From Euglena gracilis (Eukaryota), in assembly GCA_039621445.1 (NCBI GenBank), contig CP154954.1, positions 14,116,387-14,180,386 on the forward strand: DNA of 64,000 nt, given 5' to 3'. The notes under the pieces were generated by a model, which saw only the letters and a list, made by a program, of their open reading frames with translations, did no database searches and was not told the DNA's origin. Positions 53,641 through 64,000 of this stretch are shown one piece after another. A program made the position numbers and the translations under genes. The stretch's first letter is position 1. Every line of letters starts with the position of its first letter.

Positions 53641-55288
53641 GATAAAATTGACTGAAGTGTCACCCGGAATGCCAGAAAAATGCTGCGAAAAACAGCCAAA
53701 ATTTTCGAGTTACACATCAGATGAGAAAATTTTCGGCCATTTTGACTGCATAACAGATGAAGCGGAAAACCGCTTCCATGATTTCCGAAATTTTTTTTTT
53801 TTTAGCAGATTCACATGTAAATGCAATACAGCAAAAGGTTGCTGAAAAACTGCTAAATCGACAAACAAACAATGATGTCATCTGACCGTCCGACACACAG
53901 ATACAGAAGGAGAATATACACATAGCAAATACCTGCGTGCAAGGAAGACATCCGCATAACTAAGAAAATAAAGTAAAATGACTAATGAAGCGGAATACCG
54001 CTTCATCGACACACGCATCGCATGCGTGATACTACATGAAGTCCAACTGGATCAGATCTAACAGAAATACAGTTACATTTATGCTGTGCCGGATAAAAAG
54101 GAGGAGAGACCACGTAGCACCTTTGTGATTCACTCTGCCTGACACCGACGTTGGCCACCGTCGGTGTCGGTTGTTCCTGTGGGCTGCCTGGGCCGCAAGC
54201 GGCGGAAGCAGGCACCCGGCAGCCCCGTGGCTCCCCGCCTTGCACTACCGGAGACAGAATGGTTTTAGGCTTAGACTGATCGTGGAACCCATATATGACG
54301 TTTGTGGTGCACTTGGAGGTTTGGCGGTTGTGTAATGCGCGGAACAAATTCGTAGGTCAATGAACAGCAGATACAGAAGGTAAAGGAAGCGGCTTTCCGC
54401 TTCCTTTACACGTTTTTGTCACAATTCACAAAAAGGGGAGAGGCTGGACCGGGTCCAATTCACTTCCCCGTACCCCCGAACGGTGCCCAGCCGTCAGGGG
54501 TTCGGTTACGGCTTTTGCTGGACCAGGCAGGCGATCGTACAATCCAGGCTCCCCAGTTATCTCAGTACCTAAACGTTGCGTACTGTACGATGTACCTTGC
54601 GAAATGCACTTTATGGTTCTGTCAAACGTTAAACGGTTAACAACATCGCGCATCGCATTGCAATGCTTACGAAGCCACGCAGAATGCAACGTCAGATTCC
54701 ATAGGAAGCGGTTTTCCGCTTCTTTTAACAAAATATACAATATGTTCAATGTCTCGCGAGGTACATAACTGTTTACCGGTTGCATGTACCATCAACAGGA
54801 CAACAGTGTTACTGTTATCATCCAAATTGAAGAACACGATTACAGTGGTGGACCGAAGCCAAGAATGGTACGCAACTGGACGTGCTCATATCGCATTGTT
54901 CGCTACGTCACTTGCGCTGAGTTGATCGAGTCCATGAGAAGTCCTCTGCAGACATGACCTTGGCGGAGTTTTTATTAAGAACAACATAGAAAACGGTGTT
55001 ATAACTCCGACAGAATGAAAAGGAAGCGGAAAACCGCTTCACCTACGACTGAGATCGCGACCACATGCAAATTCATACCGAGTGGTGTGACCACAAACTA
55101 CTACATTGTTCAAACCACACGCATTCAGGTCGTTTAACTGAACGTGCTCTACGGGCTGCCGCTGGCAATGGCCAGCAAAGGCCGTATGTGGTGGGGACTG
55201 CCCACCCCCTCCACGTACTGTCTGTGGTTCCCTACCAGTGACAACCTCCTTTTTGCCTTTACTGGAGGCAGCGGGAATCCGCTTCATA

Positions 55289-55778
55289 CCCGCCCCCCCC
55301 CGGGCAATTGTCGCGTGACAAATCGGGCAGCACGGAGGGGGGTGACAATTTCCCGGGGTGACAATTTGGCCGGCACAGAGGGGGGTGACAATTGCCCGGG
55401 GGCGTCAATTGTCCGGGGGCGTCAATTGCCCACCCATGTAGGCCACATTAAATCCAAATGACCAAAAACACCATCTGAAACACCAGTGAACACGCAAAAA
55501 TGAAGCTATGTTTGTGATATTGTGCACAACATTTGGTATGTGACATTTCTCAGCACGTTCTAGCGAAATAGAGGATCAATCAAGTCGTGTCGGCGAAAAG
55601 AAAGTTCACAAACATCTTCTGTGGTGGGGGGTGACAAATTGGGCAGCACGGACGGGGGTGACAATTTCCCGGGGTGACAAATTGGCCGGCACAGCCAGGG
55701 GTGACAATTGCCCGGGGGCGTCAATTGCCCGGGGGCGTCAATTGCCCGGGGGCGTCAATTGCCCGGGGGGGGGGCGGG
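55289..55778. mobile_element. 490-bp MITE with TA target duplication (Tc1/mariner-type)
   Basis: TIRs CCCG-C9/10-GGGCAATTG, TA on both sides (55287-88 and 55779-80), and internal repeats gggggcgtcaattgccc and ggggtgacaatt. Confidence 0.85.
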
Positions 55779-56554
55779 TACGAAGCCACATGTGTGGGTA
55801 GCGACTGTGATCACCCAGGCAGTCAGGTTCATTAGTACAGAGCTTTAACGCAATTTGTTAGACGACGTTTGTTTTCTGGTGTCACCGTTCTAAATCACAT
55901 TGGTGTGGAAGGCTAAAGATAGTTGGGATCTCGGTGTATTTACCGAGATCAAGATACTACATACGCCTAAGCTGTTCGATCAGTTGGTTAGTCCGCAGGG
56001 TAGGGTAGTGACTGTGATCACGGCAGGCAGTCAAGCAAATGCGGGTAGTGACTGTGATCACTCAGGCAGTTGTACCAAAAAAAAAACAGGCATTAATTTT
56101 AAAATGACACAGAGAAGGAAGCGTTTTTCCGCTTCATGAAAAAATAGCAGAAAAAATACGTAAATCCAGCCCTACGTTTCTGAATCGCGAGGTTTCTAAC
56201 CGACGTAACGTGGCAGTTGTACCACAAACCACATCGATTCATCACAAGTTCCCAGGAACTCGTGTTTTGGGAAGGATTTTACCTGACATCGCGCTCTGGA
56301 TGCGCCCAATTTGAGAGACCAACGTCCTGTTGCACCCCCCCCGTTTCAAAATCACAATACCCTTGCCAAACAGCACCAAAAAACAGCAATAACCTCCATA
56401 CGAAGCGTAAAACCGCTTCATATGTCTCATTGAAGGCAATACAACAAAGAGTTTCTGGTTTAATGTGTTATAAAAAGCAGATCCATAAGAGGAAGCGGTT
56501 ATCCGCTTCCTTTCTTTCAGTATATCCGTGTCTTTCCGTTGGATCAGAGAACAC

Positions 56555-59196
56555 ATGCCTGCTGTTGCATCGCCCGTCGAATTGGTCCTGAACATTCGGG
56601 GCCTGCGCGCGTATCTGCAACATGGTAGGCCTCGTACGGGATGGGACCTCTTTCACGATGCCTTCGTGGGTCGTCAACTAGGTGCCCAGGCGATTGTGGC
56701 ACTGTGCTGTATGGTGCGGCTGAATCGCCGTTCACGTCGCACAGTGGAAGCGGTGAGTGAGGCCTACATGCGGTCTTCATCTCACCGTCCACGTTGGCTT
56801 GGACAGCTCGCCACCGGGTCGTATGCTGTGTGGCGTACGCTGCATCGACAAGCGCAACCCCTCGCAGACCCCAATACAGTGGTCGAGAACACTCCCAGCA
56901 TGCGGGCACTGCAGCAGCTTCCGAGAGCAATGCTGGGGAACGGACCCGGCCACCCCGAACCTGAGCCAGAACCTCACTGCTTTTGGAACAGTGCAGATTG
57001 CAAGCCGTACTCAGAATCGTCTTGAAATCATTCCCAGAGTTCAATGACGGCCTACCGGTCACTGGTTGCTAAAAGAGAAATGAATGTATTTTGATGAAGT
57101 AAATGACAATGACAGCGGAAAACCGCTTGCTGTTGAAACAACTTGATTTTTAGATCAGTAAATCTGATTCAAATGCAAGAGCTAAATCATTCCGAATGAT
57201 AACAACGTGCGTAGTTTGCACTGATGTCGCTTCCTGCAGCTGGAGAACCTGATGCACCGCCAGGGAACGAGGACACGCTCCGTGAGTTTCCCGGTGTCTC
57301 CAGGACATCCAGAACTGTGTGAGTTGATTGGCAACCTGGAGGTGGTGGCGACCTCCTGTTGTACGGCGTCGCCGCTGCTGCACCAAGCCGTGGGTCGCAT
57401 ACGCCGGATGCAGCTCACCGAGACGAGCATCAGGGTGCCGCTGGATGTGGTGCGGACCGACATGCGGTCCCTGCAGTGGCGGCCGCTGTCGCTGACCGAG
57501 CAGGTGGTGTCGGCCAACCTGGACCTGCTGCTGGTGTTGCAGACGGCCAGATCCCTGCAGCACCTCACGCGCCGCCAGAAGCCGCTACTAGTGGACGAGA
57601 ACATCCACTACCGGTGCCTGCAGCTGTTGTACTCAGCGTCAGCATCGCGGTACTACGTGTCCCGCTACCTGGCCGAGGTTCCCCTGCTGTACGGCATCTG
57701 GCACGCGTACAAGCACACGGTGACCGTCGTCTACCGGGCGTTCTTCCCGGTGCTGGCCCACCTGGAGGTCTCCCCTGGTGACCACCACCTGACGTGCAGC
57801 CTTCGGAGTCATCGAAAAGTGCTGTACATGGAGAAGCTGTTTGCCAGCCTTTTGTTGTCCCGCGAGTCCGTCACATCGCATTCTGAGTCGCGTATAGCAC
57901 CAGAGAAGCGGTTTTACGCTTCATTGGCTCCTGGCATGCAATTTAAGGAAGTGTATGCCTTGCTATTTGTGACTCAGTAGTCAACTGGCGACCAGAATGG
58001 AGGACTGGACCCGCTCTGCGACAACAAGAGCTGAGCAACAGCAGCAACTCCGATCGTACCCGTACCAGCTGATGCAGGGGCTGTGGAACATCCTGGCGTT
58101 CTATGCCCCGGCCTTGCTGCACCTGGGCCACGAGGTCCGTCGGTGTACCTGGAGAGGCAGACCTGAGGACGAGGTGAAGGGTACCACCGCTCGCCTGGTG
58201 CTGCAGAAGTGTCTGCTGCTGCTGATGCACCTGGAGAGTTTGATCAATCCCGGAAGACCGCCATCGGAGTACCAGCGGACCATCTCCCTGGCCCTGCTGG
58301 GGTGGCAGGACTGGATGTCCCGGCTGCCTGGCTGCGTGTTCGTGGAGGAGGCTGGCGAGGCCATGCTGTCGCGGCTGTCCTCTGCCTGCAAGCGGAACCC
58401 CCACGTGACCAGCTTCGAGGGTACGCTGCACCTGTTCCTGAACCTCGGCGCTCCCTCCGGTGAAGCACACCACAGCCGTGGTAGCCTCCGGAAGCAGCTG
58501 GTGCAGGAGATGTGTCGTCGTGTGCGAGGCCTGGTGGGAAGCCCTGGCGACCGTCCATTTCCAAAGAGGGTGGACAGCACCACCGTGCGGTGGCTGGTGG
58601 AACCGGAGACGTACCCGAGCTGGATGGCACCGGAACCTCTGCCAGCGCGGATGACCACTGAGCAGTTGCTACCTGTCCTGCGACACTCCCTGCAGACGCT
58701 GGTCCGAGGGCAACGCCTGGCAGCTGACGTGGAGGAGTGGCTCAGGAGAAACGTGGGTTCCGTCGATCCGGATCTGCTGCAAGAAAGAGAAGAGGCCATG
58801 GCCCCGTTCTTGGCACGCAGAAGAACCAGAGCTGACCCAGCAGGAGTTCCTCCTCAGCAATCAGATGAAGCGGAAAACCGCCTAGTGGACACGGATGAAG
58901 CGGAAAACGGCTTCGACGACAACAGAGCTGAGATGGAGGTGGTAGAGGCCTCAGCTGTGGTGGGTGACACGGAGGAGGGTAGCAGCTTGTACGAGCCACC
59001 AGAGTCCCTGTACGAGCCACCCGGTGACTTGTCGGACGGCTACGTGTCCGCGGGGGCCTCCGACGGGTTGGACTGGCTGGGATCACTGCAAGGCAGTGAT
59101 ATTTCCGACGCTTCGTCGGATGTCTCCGTGGCAGTGGTGTGTACCTGGCTATATATTGCCTCATCACGAAAGTATCACGGTTTTCTACTGTATTAG
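56555..59196 (+). CDS. Spliced gene for a putative DDE/RNase-H-fold transposase-like protein (DUF6589/Transib-RAG1-like group)
   Basis: GC-rich exons at ~56555-56990, 57240-57865 and 57978-59196. The GT-AG intron 57866-57977 keeps phase. Motifs LLVDENIHYR, LYGIWHAYKH, EVRRCTW, SEYQR and FVEEAGE. The first catalytic D was not identified. Confidence 0.55.
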
Positions 59197-59515
59197 GGAC
59201 ACGTTGGGTTCACCTGTGGAAGAAATACTCCCAAATACAAAGGCAAATACCACAACAACTGCACATAGCAATTACTCGGCAGGAAAAAGGATGTGTTTTT
59301 TCAGAGATGGTGCTGTTTGGTTTGGGTGGAGAGGTAAAAGTAGGGAGTGCTTTTGTAAACCCAAGGCAAAGGCAAATTAAATGGATGCTTTCACCCTGTT
59401 TTTCATCTTCGTTTTTGGAAATAAATGATCCCATTCCATTCATTTCTCCCTCATTTCCAACAGATTTGACAAACGGCTGCATAATTTTCCACTGTTTCCC
59501 CACAGACCAGTACGC

Positions 59516-62500
59516 ATGGCTCCGAAGAGGCTGGCGAAGGCGGACACAACGGGACAGTCGATCCCGAAGCTGCTGGAAGATGAGGAGATGTGGCTGCAGA
59601 GGGAACAGGGTGATTTATGATTCCTGTTGCTGAATGAACAGGAATGAACTTCGCTATGTCTGACATGATCACCCTCAATGGAAATACTTATGTTGACGTT
59701 CTCCACTGAATGTATGTGTGACGTGCATTGACAAACAAAAAATATCTTCGGTCCACCAATGAAGCGGAAACACGCTTCATTGCAGTGAATTGCAATTTTC
59801 TCCTAAAAAGACGTATAACTTAACTAACCCTGCAGTCGGGCAGCTGGTCCTGGACGTTGACCTGAGCCGGGGGCAGGTCCGGCAGCCCCGTCAGGAGCAC
59901 GTGAACAACCTCATCAAGGAGCTGCAGAACAATCCGCCGCAGGAGCTGGTGCTGACGGTGTGGCCGGAGAGAGGTGTCCGCCAGCCCCCTCCATTGTGTT
60001 TGTCGTTCCTGCGGATCATACCCCCACACTTCGTGTTAGGTGTTTGCCGGAAGTGGGTTGGCAATTTGGACATAGTTGTTGTGCTTCTCTCTTTCATCGT
60101 ATGGATATGATTACTTTCATGCATTGTTGGGGCAATGGATGGTTTCTGAATGTGTTCCCCTCTTCGCAGCTACGGGGAAGTGGGTCATCCTGAGTGGTCA
60201 ACATCGTTTCCTGGCTGCCTCGGCCATCGCCGACGCCGCCATCGCCGATGTCCGGCGGCCGTCAGCGTTCACCGAGAAGTTCCGGTGCAAGGTGGTGAAG
60301 GAGAACACCAGCATCATCGAGCGCCAGCAGCTGTCCGGCAGGCTGCAGGCCATGGACGGCAATGTCATGGACATGACCCTGGCCGACCGCCTGCAGTGGC
60401 TGATGAAGGAGGACACCCACAACCGGGAGATTGCCGAGGCAGAAGGAGAGGCGTACAACCCGACCAAGACCGAGCTGCTGAAGAACGTGTACAGCAAGAC
60501 GGGATGCCGGGAGACGGTGGATGGTGCCCTGGTGTGCTCTAACATGTTTGATAGTGAAGCAAAACTCATGGATGATATGTCACATGCAGTGTACGTTTGT
60601 TTGTTTTAATTCTGAGAAAGCACCAAAGCAAGCGTTTTCCCGCTTCATTATCCTTCTTTTTTGTATGGTTTATCACAGCTGACGTGGGTGAAGGCCATGA
60701 TCCCGGTGACGGAGTGGGTGCTGCAGAGTGGGACCGAGGCCGTCGAGGTGGTGAAGAAGATGGAGGCCCGTGGTGGGGACCGTGTGTCCCCACACACGTT
60801 CAAGTGCCTGGAGGCCATCTACCACCCGGACGACTACGCGGAGCTGGCCCAGGTGATGCTGGACGAGAAGGCCAAGCCCACCTCCCAACGTTTGGTCCAG
60901 GCTTCTATCTTGTGATTCCACATTCCATATTACACATTAATGGAAGAAGTGACCAATCTCTGCACTGTTGAAATATTTGGAAAATACTCCTTTTCTGTTT
61001 GAGAAAGCGTGTTTCCGCTTCATTTGGACAATCTTTTTATTTTTTATGGTGATTTGTTCCTTTTATGTATGTACATTGAAGTCTGCTGCCAGGCAGGAGA
61101 CCGCTAGGCTGGTGCGCCGCAGGACCTGGACGTGGCTGCTGCTGCACCCGGAGCTGGATGCTCACGTTCTTCACCCTTCAAGGAGTATGTACTGTTTGGC
61201 ATATGCGTTTGCTTAACGTGACTGTGTTCACATGCATGATTGATTGGTCTACACCTTCATGAAAATCAATTTCAATGACTCGTAATTTTTTAAATCTGAA
61301 ATATGAAGCGGAAAAACACTTCACTCCCTCACTGTTGTGTCTCCCACTGCAGAGGACCTGGCCCAGGTGGCCGCGCTGGAGACCGCCCTGCAGCCGGAGC
61401 ACATCAAGGTGCCGATGACCGGGGTGAAGTGGAGGTGGTCGCCTGAGGCCCCCTGTGCGGGGCCAAACTTCTTGTTCGTATTAAACAAAATGGTGATGCT
61501 AATTTGTTGGTATGTATTGTATCCCTCCCTGTGTATGATGGCTGAATGTGGAATGCACACACCACTCCCACCCTCTGTCACTGAGTGACAGTTGAGCCCC
61601 GGCATTGGCCGCCCATCGAGGTGGTACGCCGGGCGCCGCTGTGGTCCGACCCCCTGTACGACGGCCTCCGGCAGCGGCTGCTGGGCCAGGTGATGGAGCC
61701 CGCCGTCAAGGTCGGGGGCATCTTCGGCACCCTGGACCTGCACGGTATGACCTTGGCGAGGCTGGAGGAGGAGGTGTCCAGCACCCAGGAGATCTCCACG
61801 CCCGGCCGGGCCACGGCCAAGCGGGCTGCCCAACCCGAGGCGCAGAAGACCGGCCTCATCCACGTGGTGCCCATGCAGTCCACGGACAACGCCTGGCCGA
61901 ACGACCTCCGCCTGCTGGAGCTGGGGGCAGTGGTGGTAGAGGTGGAGACCCAGCAGTTCGCCCTGGATGGCAGCCAACACGCGGAGGTGGGCAGGACCAT
62001 GATGCTGCGGGGTACGCCGATGATCGCCGTGGGTGCGGACATCGACCTGCGGGACCTCCATGGGCGACTGTCGATGATGATGGGCAGCGAGCGGAAGATC
62101 TTCCGCAAGGACATCCTGCTGTGCATCCCGCCGCCAACGCCGGACCCGGACTGGCAGTGGGCTCGACGAACTTTGGCGGTGTTCACGACGGAGATCAAGC
62201 ATATGAAGGTAATTTTTGTGTTTCTGTTGTATTGAAGCGGAAAAGCGCTTCGCAGTTTCAAAGGTCTTTTATACATCTGTTTCTTGGTTCATGCATATGA
62301 CAAATGCGAATGAGATTCACGGTCCGTATCGTTTGTGTTCCCCTCACGTAGGACCCCGTCCAGATCTCCCTGCAGGGGATGCACCAGGGCCCGGGTCGCA
62401 CTTTCTTTGTCGTTTTACTGGTGCTGTTGCATACAATTATTTAATCCAATGAATTTGAATATGTCCTGATTCGGTAGACCAAATTACGCTTAGTGTGTGT

Positions 62501-63695
62501 TGCTTTACAATGCTCATTGTGACTGTGAGTTGCTAATTCATGTTCTCGAGTGTGTCCCGGTGCACCCGACGTTGCCCACCTCGTTCCCGTGGAGGTCGTC
62601 TGGTGGTTCCTGCGGCGGCTGGACGTGGCCACCGCGGACTGGGTGATGGTGATCAGCTCCCGGGCGGTGCTGACCGCCCAGCTGGCGGTGCGGGCGGGCA
62701 GCGCCATCAACTTGCTGTGGGGCGTGCCGACCCTGCAGGCGGGAGACGCGGAGGCGCAGCAGCGCCTCCAGTGCCTGGACGACGTCGGCCGGGAAGTGAG
62801 GGTGGCCGACGGACTGCCCCCTGTGGTCTGGGATCAGGGTCGTCAATGCTGTCATATGATGTCTTCTAACCAGAAATGGTTTCTGTCGTTTCAGTACTCC
62901 TTCATTCAGGATATCTTTCCATTACATCTTGTCCATATTTTTTTAAAACTATCAGAAAGGAAGCGTAAAACCGCTTCAAATCAATACTTCATTTTTTTAC
63001 TAGTGTTTTCTTGTCTCCAGTTCAAACTATCTCTGTGTACATATTGATTGCCCTGCTGACAAGGACGTCCACAGCAGGATCATCCGCCACCTGGCTCTGA
63101 ACGTCTCCGGCTTCATCCCTGAGGCGACGGAGACGGCCGCCCCAGCGCCCACGCAGGGGGAGCCCCCGGCCAAGCAGGGCGGCCAGGACCCGAAGGAGGC
63201 CAAGTCCAAGGAGACCAAGGAGTCCCAGGACAAGCCGAAGGAGAAGGAGACCAAGGACAAGCCGGACAAGAAGACCAAGGACACGCCTAAGAAGGGCGCC
63301 CGGGGGAAGCAGTCCGCCTCCTCGCAGCAGCCGGCCCGGCACTCCTACGAGTCGTCCCCGGAACCGCCTGAGCGCCCGACACACAGGGAGCGGCCTAATG
63401 GTGGATTGTCTGTGATGTCTGTTTCCTTATGTCATGTTTCCATTTTGGCAGTAATCTGACAATTCTGTTTGATGAAGCGTTTTTCCGCTTCCTTGTGGCT
63501 GAATCATAGTAATTTTTCTGAGACTGGAAATGCGTTCCTGTTCGACTGCTAATTGGTTCCACTTCGATGCAACACAATGGCATCTAATCAAAACCGATAT
63601 CTGTGTTCCACGCCTCCCATTTGCGCCGCTCCCTGTTGCCGAGGAAGCGGTCCGCCCTGGAGAACATCGAGGAGATGCTGGTGGACGACGAGTGA
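59516..63695 (+). CDS. Multi-exon gene with an N-terminal ParB/Srx-like domain, an unknown middle region and a Lys/Glu-rich tail
   Basis: Exons 59516-59609, 59836-59973, 60170-60531, 60679-~60894, 61082-61184, 61353-~61430, ~61595-62208, 62352-62394, 62551-~62838, ~63060-63400 and ~63640-63695. Most GT-AG junctions keep phase. The spliced N-terminus reads GQVRQPRQEHVNNLIKEL...LTVW...KWVILSGQHRFLAA. Confidence 0.75.
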
Positions 63696-64000
63696 GCGGG
63701 CGGCTGCGGCAGCCGCCGTGGCAGCGGGCGGTTGGTGCCGCCAGCGAGGGAGGGACAAGCGAGACCCATACCCGGAACCCGACCAGACCCATACCCACAC
63801 CCAGACCATGTCCCCAACCATGCGCACACCTTCGCACTTCGCTGCACCACACCCACCCATTTCGCCGTGTCTTTCATTTGTGTTTGTCTTTGGCATGGCT
63901 GCGGAACTGGGGGCTGTGGGGTTTGTTCCACTTGTGACCTTTGTTTTGAGAATCAAAATTACACACCCACAACTTCCTCGGCTCATGGTGCTTTCCTTTC

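Larger units (their letters stand above)
53759..63491. repeat. About 20 dispersed copies of the 18-bp palindrome GAAGCGG-N4-CCGCTTC
   Basis: Starts at 53759, 53987, 54386, 54705, 55023, 55268, 56118, 56402, 56492, 57112, 57905, 58867, 58897, 59761, 60629, 61004, 61305, 62234, 62960 and 63474; some copies have arm mismatches. Confidence 0.92.

Noticed and set aside
53759-63491. CRISPR array or intrinsic terminators as an explanation for the palindromes
   Set aside because: Spacing is irregular (30-900 bp), the repeat is only 18 bp, there are no cas genes or consistent U-tails, and the context is eukaryotic.

Overview
Eukaryotic, transposon-dominated window; GT-AG introns are visible at the right end, and the organism cannot be identified from sequence alone. 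1-19.3 kb is a minus-strand Ty3/Gypsy chromovirus. It has a 5' LTR, a tRNA-iMet PBS, a pseudogenised pol, a 3.27-kb gag segment amplified four times in tandem, and an extra long 3' ORF running off the left edge. 19.3-52.3 kb is a nest of decayed DIRS1-type tyrosine-recombinase retrotransposons (gag, RT-RNaseH-Dam MTase, YR, ITR/ICR termini) with LTR elements inserted in it. One is a complete 12.56-kb chromovirus (25602-38165, 654-bp LTRs, CCTC TSD) encoding both a C5-cytosine and an N6-adenine DNA methyltransferase ahead of its protease. 53.7-64 kb is a distinct block with a spliced DDE-transposase-like gene and a spliced gene whose N-terminus is a ParB/Srx-like domain (SGQHR). About 20 copies of an 18-bp palindrome, GAAGCGG-N4-CCGCTTC, are dispersed through its introns and intergenic DNA. 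This ParB-like gene plus parS-like site array plus transposase is the most novel-looking system in the window. All domain calls come from motif recognition by eye; no searches were run.
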